A stretch of DNA of 64,000 nt, taken from assembly GCA_032718475.1 (NCBI GenBank), contig JAUCBJ010002864.1, forward strand, positions 5,760-69,759, given 5' to 3'. Positions 53,601 to 64,000 of the stretch are shown here, piece after piece. Positions within the stretch are counted from its first letter, which is position 1. The number at the start of each line of letters is the position of its first letter. A program made the translations under genes and the position numbers. Source of the DNA: Nemertoderma westbladi (taxonomy: Eukaryota; Animalia; Xenacoelomorpha). Under the pieces are notes generated by a model. The model was given only the letters and a program-made list of their open reading frames with translations. It did no database searches and was not told where the DNA came from.

Positions 53601-55164
53601 ATAATTATTAGTTCTATAATAATTCTCGTTGTCTCTTTTATTTGAAATAAAAAGTCGGTTCCTTATCGGGCCGCTAGGCCCGTCACTAGTTAGCAAGTCG
53701 TTAGACTTGATTACTGTAAGAATTGTTAGCTGACTGACTGGCTGACTGACTGGCTGACTGACTGGCTGACTGACTGGCTGGCTGATCTACAGCCAAAACT
53801 GCTCTAACGATTTTGATGAAATTTTCACAGCATCTAGATACCGCGATTCTAAGGTCCCTGGCATGATCGGCTACTCCGTCCATAGCCTCTGGGCTCGAAA
53901 AATAGAGATAAACGAAAAAAACGCCATAGGCGCAATGGTAAAATATCACCCATGACAGCTGGTGTCCTGATGAAAAATGGCTTATGTAATGCAATTCTAC
54001 ACAAGGCTTAGTATTAAATCGATGAGGTTGCCAAGAGTATTATACTTAGTACACCCATACTGTTTGTTTAGGCCCTGTCAAAGCAAATATAAACTGGTTG
54101 GTTTAGTTTGAAATCTATTATTGCCTCAGCTGAATAACTCTTCCCAATGCATTCTAGTTGAGTATCCAAGATTCTCCCTCTGCTAATGTAAGCTGAATGA
54201 CGGTTTAGTACACAGTGTGTTGGCTACATTAATGCCAACATTATTGCAAAATGTTTTATTGTTGGATTACTCTCTGTCAGTCTCCCCTTCAGAACATTGT
54301 ATAGGGAATTTACTTTAGTTTACTCTACTGTGCCATTCAGCTGAATGGATTTGAGCGATTGCCAAGTTACAGAGTTGGATCATTATCTGACCATAGGCAA
54401 AGACATCAAATCTTTTTAAAAATATACTTTTCCATGTTTATTTTTCTGACCAAAAATTTCAAAAAAAAATTTTCGTAGCCAGTACTGCCAATCGATTCGC
54501 CATAAAAAATAACGCAAAAAATTTTTTTGGCAAAATTTTAAATTACTGTAAATTTTTGGCGACTGGGGGGGGTCAATTTTTTTCGATCCGCTATAACTCC
54601 AGAACGCGTTGTCCAAATTCGATGGGGTTTTCATTTTTCAACTTAATTCGATGTCCTCTTTTAGCCTATCCATGTTTCGAAACCCCAAACAGCGCCGTTA
54701 AAAAATTAATTTTTTCTAGTTCTAGAATTTTACAAATTTCAAAAAAGTTGCAGTATTTTATTAACGCCTTTACGGAATTCGATAGCGTTTTCGATTTTTA
54801 TTTTAAACGCAATATCCTGAATCTCACTAGCCTAGTTTCGCGTCACCAATGCCAAGACTTCATACTTTTTGAGGAAAATTTTCTAGAATAATTTTTTTTG
54901 AATTACATTTATCGCGATTTCTTATTACTGGTTGCACATGAATTGATGGAGTTTTCAATTTATTAACTAAGCACGATATCGCGCATCGCACCAGCGTGGT
55001 TTCGAAAATCCAAAACGAGGTATTCACTTGTTGCAGGTCGATTATGTCCTAGAATTGAGCAACTAATAATAGATCGAATTTAATAATATTTATTATATGA
55101 AATATGATTGTATTTTTACATAATTATTAGTTCTATACTAATTCTTGTTGTCTCTTATTTAAAA

Positions 55165-55521
55165 TTAGCAAGTCGTTAGACTTGATTACTGTAAGAATTG
55201 TTGACTGACTGACTGACTGACTGCCCACTGTGGCATTCTAAATGTTTTATACTGTAGGTGATTGACATTGTGCAAGCTGAATGACTGTTAGTTCTTTCAG
55301 ACCATAGGCAAACATTGTTGAGGGAATTGTTGAGGTTGAGTTCACTCTACTGTGCCATTCAACTGAATGAATTTGAGCAATTGCCAAATTACAGAGTGGG
55401 ATCTCTCTGTGACCATAGGTAAATAGCACTTCCATTCTGACCATAGGTAAACATTGTTAGGGAATTTACATTTGATTGATGACTTCCGACTTGCTTAACG
55501 GCGTCTTGACGCCGTCTCTAG
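55165..55521 (+). mobile_element. Minimal 357-bp beta-terminus element
   Basis: Same 5' and 3' termini as 35961-37475, with most of the body absent. Confidence 0.85.
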
Positions 55522-57179
55522 TTAGGAACCGAGAGGTTCATTACTGTAAGAATTGTTGGCTGACTGGCTGGCTGGTTAATCTATAGCCAAAACTACTCTA
55601 ACGATTTTGATGAAATTTTCACAGCGGCTGGATACCGCGATTCTAAGGTCCCTGGTATGTTCCGCTATTTCGTCCATGAGCCGTGGGCTCGAAAAATAGA
55701 CATAAACGAAAAAACGCCATAGGCGCAATGGTAAAATAACACCAATAACAGCTGGTGTCGTGATGAAAAATGGCTTATGTAATGGATTTCTACACAAGGC
55801 TTAGTATAAATCGATGAGGTTGCCAAGATTATTGTACTTAGTACACCCATACTGTTTGTTTAGGCCCTAGGACACTACACTCTGTCAAAGCAAATATTAA
55901 CTGGTTGGTTTAGTTAGAAATCTATTATCGCCTCAGCTGAATTACTCTTCCCAATGCATTCTATGAGAATATCTCACTCTGCTAATGTAAGCTGAATGAC
56001 TTAAGTACACAGTGTGTTGGCTACATTAATGCCAACATTATTGCAAAATGTTTTATTGTTGGATTACTCTCTGTCAGTCTCCCCTTCAGAACATTGTATA
56101 GGGAATTTACTTTAGTTTACTCTACTGTGCCATTCAGCTGAATGGATTTGAGCGATTGCCAAGTTACACGTCCATGAGCCGTGGGCTCGAAAAATAGACA
56201 TAAACGAAAAAACGCCATAGGCGCAATGATAAAAACACCAGCTGGCACTCATGAAAAATGGATAGAGATAGCCTAGTAATGCTATTCTATAGGAATGGCC
56301 ACCTAACAAGGAAATGCTTTCTCTGCCAAGTATTATCCTCACTCTACAACTCAGACAGTAAGCAAACAAAAGCCGTGGGATTCTAATGTATTACATCATA
56401 AGCTGATTGCTCTCCCAATAGCCCTCACACACTCAATGAATCGAATGAAATCGAATATCTATTAGCTTAATGCGAATAGCTGGTAAGCTGAATGCCATTT
56501 TAGTTATTGCGTACTGTTGATTGCAGAGTTGTCTGCTATGTTGTATGTATTTAATTAAAATAATTTTCGTAGAGGGAAGTTAATTTGGGATTACTCTCTA
56601 TCAGATGTAAGCAAAGCTGTTCAATGGGGTGGGCCATGGGACCCAAATATAGTACATTATGCATGGCAAACATTAATAAAATCATTCAGTCAACCTGAAT
56701 GGTATTTGCTTTAGTTAACTACTGTGTGTGAAAAGCGAATTTATAATGTTACCCATACTTCAGGTAAATTAATTTTTAGATATTTTGTACTGAAGGCAAG
56801 GATTTCTGTTATAATTAAAATACAAGACAGGGGCTTGTTTCGATATATGTAGTTGCGCCCTTCGAGCAGCACGTGAGTTAATCAAATATTAGACACAATG
56901 TTTGACTTTGTCACTTCGAGCAGCACGTGAGTTTGGCTTTGACCCTTCGATATAATGTATTTGCGCCTTTCGAGCAGCGCGTGAGTTACATCAAATAATA
57001 GACACAATGTTTGACTTTGTCCCTTCGAGCAGCACGTGAGTTTTGCTTTGTCCCTTGATATATGATGTTGCGCCCTTCGAGCAGCTCATGAGTTACATCA
57101 AATAATAGACACACTGTTTGACTTTGTCCCTTCGAGCAGCACGTGAGTTTGGCTTTGACCCTTCCAGCATCGTGTGTCA

Positions 57180-58226
57180 ATCGAGCCGAATCATACCGAT
57201 TGAGCCGAATAGAACCAATCGAGGTGATCAAGCCGAGTCGAGCCCAATCGAGCCGAACAGAGCCGAGTTGAGCCCAATTAAGCCGAGTCGAGCCAGACTG
57301 AGCCGAGTCAAGCCCAATCGAGTCGAGTCGAGCCCAATAGAGCCGAGTCGAGCCCAATCGAGCCTAGTCGAGCCCAATTGAGATGGACCGAGCCAAGTCG
57401 AACCCAATTGAGCCGGACTGAGCCAAGTTGAGCCAAATCGAGCCAAGTCAAGCCCAATCAATCCCATTCGAGCCGAGTCGTGTGGATTGAGCCGAATCGA
57501 GCCCAATTGAGCCAAGTCAAGCCGGACCGAGCCAAGTCGAACCCAATCGATCCGAATCGAGCTGAGTCGACTCAGACCGAGCCGAGCCGAGCCGGGCCGG
57601 GCCGAGCCGAGCCGATCCGAGCCGAGCCGAGCCGAGCCGAGCCGAGCCGAGCCGAGCCGAGCCGAGCCAAGCCGAGCCGAGCCAAGCCGATCCGAGCCGA
57701 GCCGAGCCGAGCCGAGCCGAGCCGAGCCGAGCCGAGCCGAGCCGAGCCGAGCTGAGCCGAGCCGTGTCGACCGTGTCACGCCAAATTGAGCCCGGATTGA
57801 GCCCAATCAAGCTGAGTCGAGCCCAATCGAGCCGAGTCGAGCCAGACTGAGCCGAGTCAAGCCCAAATCGAATCGAGTCGAGCCCAATCGAGCCGGGTCG
57901 AGCCCAATCAAGCCTAGTCGAGCCCAATTGAGCCGGACCGAGCCAAGTCGAGCCCAATCGAGCCAGACTGAGCCAAGTTGAGCCAAATCGATCCGAGTCA
58001 AGCCCAATCAATCCCAATTGAGCCGATTCGAGCAGATTGAGCTGAATCGAGCCCAATTGAGCCAAGTCGAGCTGGACCGAGCCGAGTCGAACCCAATCGA
58101 GCTGATTGAGCCGAATCAAGCTGAGTCGAGACAGATCGAGCCGAGCCGAGCCTAATCGAGCCAAACCGAGCCAATCAAGCCAAGTCGAACTAAATCGTGC
58201 CCAATCGTGCAAGACCGAGCCGAGCT
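57180..58226. repeat. Degenerate plus pure (CGAGC)n satellite of body B
   Basis: Direct reading; pure tract ~57577-57763. Confidence 0.93.
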
Positions 58227-58977
58227 CGTTGTCTCTTTTATTTGAAATAAAAAGTCGGTTCCTTATCGGGCCGCTAGGCCCGTCACTAGTTAGGAACCGA
58301 GAGGTTCATTACTGTAAGAATTGCTCGAGACTGGCTGGCTGGCTGACTGATCTACAGCCAAAACTACTCTAACGATTTTGATGAAATTTTCACAGCGGCT
58401 AGATACCGCGATTCTAAGGTCCCTGGTATGTTCCGCTATTTCGTCTATGAGCCGTGGGCTCGAAAAATAGACATAAACGAAAAAACGCCATAGGCGCAAT
58501 GATAAAAACACCAGCTGGCACTCATGAAAAATGGATAGAGATAGCCTAGTAATGCTATTCTATAGGAATGGCCACCTAACAAGGAAATGCTTTCTCTGCC
58601 AAGTATTATCCTCACTCTACAACTCAGACAATAAGCAAACAAAAGCCGTGGGATTCTAATGTATTACATCATAAGCTGATTGCTCTCCTAATAGCCCTCA
58701 CACACTCACTGAATCCAATGAAATCGAATATCTATTAGCTTAATGCGAATAGCTGGTAAGCTGAATGCCATTTTAGTTATTGTGTAGGCCTACTACTGTT
58801 GACTGTAGAGTAGACTGCTATGTTGCATGTATTTAATTAAAATAATTTTCGTAGAGGGAAGTTAATTTGGGATTACTCTCTATCAGATGTAAGCAAAGCT
58901 GTTCAATGGGGTGGGTCATGGGACCCAAATATAGTACATTAAGCATGGCAACGATTTCTGATATAATTAAAATACAA

Positions 58978-59085
58978 ATTGATTGATTTTTATTTTTATT
59001 TTATATCTATTTTATTGATAAAATAATAATATGATTTTACCGAATTTCATTTACCCCGTTGGGGAGTGTATATTATTATATTATT
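58978..59085 (+). mobile_element. 108-bp insertion with TSD and (TAT)n tail, probably a retroposon 3' end
   Basis: 12-bp TSD ATTAAAATACAA at 58966-58977 and 59086-59097; absent from the other B units. Confidence 0.75.
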
Positions 59086-59341
59086 ATTAAAATACAAGAC
59101 AGGGGCTTGTTTCGATATATGTAGTGGCGCCCTTCGAGCAGCACGTGAGTTAATCAAATATTAGACACAATGTTTGACTTTGTCCCTTCTAGCAGCACGT
59201 GAGTTTTGCTTTGACCCTTGATATATGATGTTGCGCCCTTCGAGCAGCACGTGAGTTACATCAAATAATAGACACACTGTTTGACTTTGTCCCTTCGAGC
59301 AGCACGTGAGTTTGCCTTTGACCCTTCCAGCATCGTGTGTC

Positions 59342-60134
59342 AATCGAGCCGAATCATACCGATTGAGCCGAATAGAACCAATCGAGGTGATCAAGCCGAG
59401 TCGAGCCCAATCGAGCCGAACAGAGCGGAGTTGAGCCCAATCAAGCCGAGTCGAGCCAGACTGAGCCTAGTCAAGCCCAATCGAGTCGAGTCGAGCCCAA
59501 TAGAGCCGATTCGAGCCCAATCAATCCTAGTCGAGCCCAATTGAGCTGGACCGAGCCCAATTGAGCCGGACTGAGCCAAGTTGAGCCAAATCGAGCCAAG
59601 TCAAGCCCAATCAATCCCAATCGTGCCGAGTCGTGCAGATTGAGCCGAATCAAGCCCAATTGAGCCAAGTCGAGCCGGACCGAGCCAAGTCGAACCCAAT
59701 CGAGCCGAATCGAGCTGAGTTGAGCTGAGTCGACTCAGACCGAGCCGAGCCGAGCCGAGCCGAGCCAAGTAGAGCCGAGCCGAGCCGAGCCGAGCCGAGC
59801 CGAGCCGGGCCGGGCCGAGCCGAGCCGAGCCGAGCCGAGCCGAGCCGAGCCGAGCCGAGCCGAGCCGAGCCGAGCCGAGCCGAGCTGAGCCGAGCCTAAT
59901 CGAGCCGAGCCGAGCCGAGCCAAGCCGAGCCGAGCCGAGCCGAGCCGAGCCGAGCCAAGCCGAGCCGAGCCGAGCCGAGCCGAGCCGAGCCGAGCCGAGC
60001 CGAGCCGAGCCGAGCCGAGCCGAGCCGAGCCGAGCCGAGCCGAGCCGAGCCGAGCCGAGCCTAATCGAGCCAAACCGAGCCGATCAAGCCAAGTCGAACT
60101 TAATCGTGCCCAATCGTGCAAGACCGAGCCGAGC
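59342..60134. repeat. Degenerate plus pure (CGAGC)n satellite of body B
   Basis: Direct reading; pure tract ~59740-60060. Confidence 0.93.
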
Positions 60135-61698
60135 TCGTTGTCTCTTTTATTTGAAATAAAGAGTCGGTTCCTTATCGGGCCGCTAGGCCCGTCACTAGTT
60201 AGGAACCGAGAGGTTCATTACTGTAAGAATTGCTCGAGACTGGCTGGCTGGCTGACTGATTGATTGACTGACCTACAGCCAAAACTACTCTAACGATTTT
60301 GATGAAATTTTCACAGCGGCTAGATACTGCGATTCTAAGGTCCCTGGTATGTTCCGCTATTTCGTCCATGAGCCGTGGGCTCGAAAAATAGACATAAACG
60401 AAAAAACGCCATAGGCGCAATGGTAAAATAACACCAATAACAGCTGGTGTCGTGATGAAAAATGGCTTATGTAATGGATTTCTACACAAGGCTTAGTATA
60501 AATCGATGAGGTTGCCGAGATTATTATACTCAGTACACCCATACTGTTTGTATAGGCCACCACTCTCTGTCAAAGCAAACATTATTAACTGGTTGGTTTA
60601 GTTTGAAATCTAATATCGCCTCAGCTGAATTACTCTTCCCAATGCAATCTATGGAAATATCTCACTCTGCTAATGTAAGCTGAATGACAGTTATGTAGAC
60701 AGTGAGTTGGCTACATTAATGCCAACATTATTGCAAAATGTTTTATTGTTGGATTACTCTATGTCAGTCACCCCTTCAGAACATTGTATAGGGAATTTAC
60801 TTTAGTTTACTCTACTGTGCCATTCAGCTGAATGGATTTGAGCGATTGCCAAGTTACAGAGTTGGATCATTCTCTGACCATAGGCAAAGACATCAAATCT
60901 TTTTAAAAATATACTTTTTCCATGTTTTTTTTTCTGACCAAAAATTTCAAAAAAAAATTTTTCGTAGCCAGTACTGCCAATCGATTCGCCATAAAAAATA
61001 ACGCAAAAAATTTTTTTTGCAAAATTTTAAATTACTGTAAATTTTTGGCGACTGGGGGGGGTCAATTTTTTTCGATCCGCTATAACTCCGGAACACTTTG
61101 TCCAAATTCGATGGGGTTTTCATTTTTCAACTTAATTCGATGTCCTCTTTCAGCCTATCCATGTTTCCAAACCCCAAACAGCGCCGTTCAAAAATTAATT
61201 TTTTCCAGTTCTAGAATTTTACAAATTTCAAAAAAGTTTCAGTATTTTATTAACGCCTTTACGGAATTCGATAGCGTTTTCGATTTTTATATTAAACGCA
61301 ATATCCTGAATCTCACTAGCCTAGTTTCGCGTCACCAACGCCAAGACTTCATACTTTTTGAGAAAAATTTTTCTAGAATAATTTTTATTTAATTACATTT
61401 ATCGCGATTTCTTATTACTGGTTGCACATGAATTGATGGAGTTTTCAATTTATTAACTAAACACGATATCGCGCATCGCACCAGCGTGGTTTCGAAATTC
61501 CAAAACGAGGTCTTCACTAGTTGCAGGTCGATTTTGTTCTAGAATTGAGTAACTAATAATAGATCGAATTTATTAATAATTATTGTATGAAATATGATTG
61601 TATTTTTACATAATTATTAGTTCTATAATAATTCTCGTTGTCTCTTTTATTTGAAATAAAAAGTCGGTTCCTTATCGGGCCGCTAGGCCCGTCACTAG

Positions 61699-62300
61699 TG
61701 TAAGAATCTCAGGGATACTTTCTGTAAAAATCTCAGGATACATTACACTGACTGACATACTGACTGACTGATAATTATCTAGGTTAAGGCACTTCCTGCC
61801 TGGCGATTTTGATGAAATTTTGCAAATACATTGCTTTGGTGGTTCATAACCGCGTTACAAAATTTCAGATCGATTCTATGTGTGGTATTCGATATATTTA
61901 GTTTTTTGACATTGTTTTGTCGCGAAATTAAAAGCAATGGTAAAATAACAGCTGGTGTTCATGATGAAATATGGCTTAATATGTTATACACAGTCATAGA
62001 AAAACGTGTTGGTTGCCAAGTTTTACTAGTAGGCTATAAGGAAAGGCAATGTTTACTCACACATAAGCTGTTGGTTTCTAATGTATTACCCCATAAGCTG
62101 ATTGCTCTCCCAGTGCTTCCTAAGGGTATATCTACAATAAGGTTACTCACTCTGCTATGTTAGGGGGTGGATCAGGAGAATGAATTTTAGTTACACAAAG
62201 CAGTGTGTTGTGTCCTATTGCAGTCGATACTCACTGTGGATTGCAAAATGTTTTATAGTTGACCTACACTATAATACAGTAGTTGCATGTATTTAAGGAG
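61699..62300 (+). mobile_element. Diverged relative of the array elements (older rolling-circle element remnant)
   Basis: Shares TGTAAGAAT, (GACT)n, CGATTTTGATGAAATTTT, GCAATGGTAAAATAAC..CAGCTGGTGT, GGTTGCCAAG and CATAAGCTGATTGCTCTCCCA with array units, but is otherwise diverged. 3' end not identified. Confidence 0.6.
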
Positions 62301-62820
62301 CCCGCTCTGGCCTACCGCCTAAGGAGTACCTATATTACATATTCACATAGAATTCACTGGGAAGAGATATTCCGCTTGACGACGGGGTAATACCTATAGA
62401 AGGAAACTAAATTTGTTATTTGGCTCTATTCGTTGTTATTAATCTGGTTGTGCATCATGGGCATTTTTTATAAATATTCGGTAATCGCATCTTATATCTT
62501 GTAAACGTTCTTGATAATGAAATTATTTGCTTCATATTATATTTTTGTTAGTGGTAGCTAAGTTGCATTTTTTATTATGTGGGGCGAGCCACAAAGTCAG
62601 CTAGCCTCACGCCTTCCAGTTTAGACAATTTTAGTTTACTTACTGCTGACTGACATAGTTCTTTGTAATAGTCTTGGCTAGGATTTTTCCCCCGGGCTCC
62701 TTCCAGCCAGCTTGCTGGCTTATTACTGATAATTTAATGGCAGATAATTTTAAAAAAATATCGGCCCAAAAGAAATAATACAAAATATAATAAAAATTTC
62801 AAACTAAATTTATAAAAAAA

Positions 62821-63960
62821 TTATAGAAGAATTGTTATAAAGTTTCTCTTGATACACGCAAACATCTTTACAAGTGACTTGGCATTCAAGGTTACAAACG
62901 TGGTAAATCTTGAAGCACAGGTCACCCACCTGTAGCAGTTGCTGTCAAACAAACCTCCCCTTGTAATAAACGACAACTGACTTGCTGGAAATCCTAAGAT
63001 ATCCAACAGGCTAAGCTTCAGTTAAATCAGATGAATCAGTTACCACCTCTATCATAGTATCCATCTCCTCTAGGTTATCAGCAATCATTATGAAACTACT
63101 TTCACAATCATTAATCGTAGGACACTTGCGATTGGAAATCAGTTTCTTTAGTCGGATTGAGGCAGATTACATAGCTTCACCGGAAGGGCAGATAATACAT
63201 TGGCCACCATGTATGATTCGCTGCATAGGTCTTTGCAGTTTTACGTTCATCAACATCAAGGCCGAGAAAAATATTTATAGATATTACTTCAAACTTTTCG
63301 AAAATAATATTTGGTAGTGCTTCTTTATAGGCATTAAATTCTACAGGTTTGGTGAAGTCTGATGCAACACATTTATATGTATTTGTTTCATCTAGAAGAT
63401 ATGGAAAGTCATTAAACTTTATATCACCATGGTAGAGACTTATAAGACGGTAAACTGATGTTATAATGTGGTGATCCATTGACATTCCTTGATGGTGAAG
63501 GTAATTTAGGCTGTCATCGCAGTCCTTAATGTCAGATAGCTCTACCTTTGAGATGCCGCTGCATTATTGCACTCAGCAACACCAGAAGGTCTAGATAAAT
63601 CTTTAAGTTTCTAATGGATTGTTATTAACATGTTGTATAATTTCCCAACTCCTGTTTTGGATTCATATACACGATTGGATCCGGCATTCTTTCTTGATAC
63701 CGTCTTTCGGAAATAATACATTGGTTTGTTCTCCATGGGGAACAGTTGAATTATCTCATTAGCTGTTTCACTTAGTTTGTCTGGGAGGTTGCCGAACATT
63801 CCACTAGGCAATCGATAATAATTGTTACAAGGCACTGCCTGTCACGATCACACAAATTGGTCTTAGTTAACACAGCACGTCCTTCTGCAGATGTTTGGGG
63901 GTATCTCTTAAGTCCCTGTGTGAATCGTGGTACATATCTTCCTTTAACGTTTCTCAATTG
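62821..63960 (-). pseudogene. Disrupted ORF of an uncharacterised invertebrate, probably transposon-associated, protein family
   Basis: Consecutive frames read SAEGRAVL..TNLCDRDRQCLVTIII, ANEIIQLFPMENKPMYY...GKLYN and PTINDCESSFI, a motif order I associate with accessory ORFs of invertebrate DNA transposons. Frameshifts and stops present. The assignment is from memory only. Confidence 0.45.
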
Positions 63961-64000
63961 CAGAATAGCTACTACATTCGCTACTTGATCGAACGGTACC

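Larger units (their letters stand above)
26431..61698 (+). mobile_element. Head-to-tail array of ~22 non-autonomous rolling-circle (Helitron/Helentron-like) elements
   Basis: Unit starts (body type): 26431 A, 27946 A, 29403 A, 30882 A, 32972 A, 34460 A, 35961 C, 37476 B, 39475/39534 A, 41110 B, 43263 A, 44744 B, 46496 A, 47980 A, 49317 B, 50707 A, 52193 A, 53690 A, 55165 mini-C, 55522 A/B, 58290 B, 60199 A. Typical 5' end TTAGGAACCGAGAGGTTC plus (GACT/GGCT)n; 3' end TCGGTTCCTTA-T-CGGGCC-GCTA-GGCCCG-TCACTAG. The array is preceded by A and followed by T; no TSD. Confidence 0.9.

Noticed and set aside
27093-61392. Recurrent 110-180 aa ORF (MFFFLTKNFKK...SRIIFI) and MCRN... ORFs in array units
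   Set aside because: Frames are broken at random by homopolymer length changes between copies, composition is Phe/Lys-biased from A/T runs, and there are no Rep or helicase motifs.
26431-61698. rDNA, 5S, histone or snRNA tandem gene cluster
   Set aside because: No recognisable RNA-gene or histone sequence; the termini fit rolling-circle elements.

Overview
AT-rich eukaryotic (invertebrate-like) genomic DNA dominated by transposable elements. No prokaryotic operons, rRNA/tRNA genes or CRISPR arrays were seen. The left 26 kb is a nest of decayed elements: RTE/RTE-X LINE fragments with (TAG)n tails and TSDs, a CRE-type LINE, another LINE RT remnant with a 45-bp repeat at its 3' end, a piggyBac-type non-autonomous element, a Sola-like and a P-type transposase remnant, a 46-bp P-type micro-MITE, and a canonical non-autonomous Helitron carrying ~146-bp repeats. 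It also holds one convincing small host ORF (6025-6276, minus) that looks like an amidated neuropeptide precursor. The main feature is a 35-kb head-to-tail array (26431-61698) of about 22 non-autonomous rolling-circle (Helitron/Helentron-like) elements. They share TT...CTAG termini, subterminal inverted repeats and a 3' hairpin, but carry interchangeable internal bodies and two covarying terminus families. The architecture suggests self-targeted, possibly polarised, array growth. All family assignments come from motif recognition by eye; no database searches were run.
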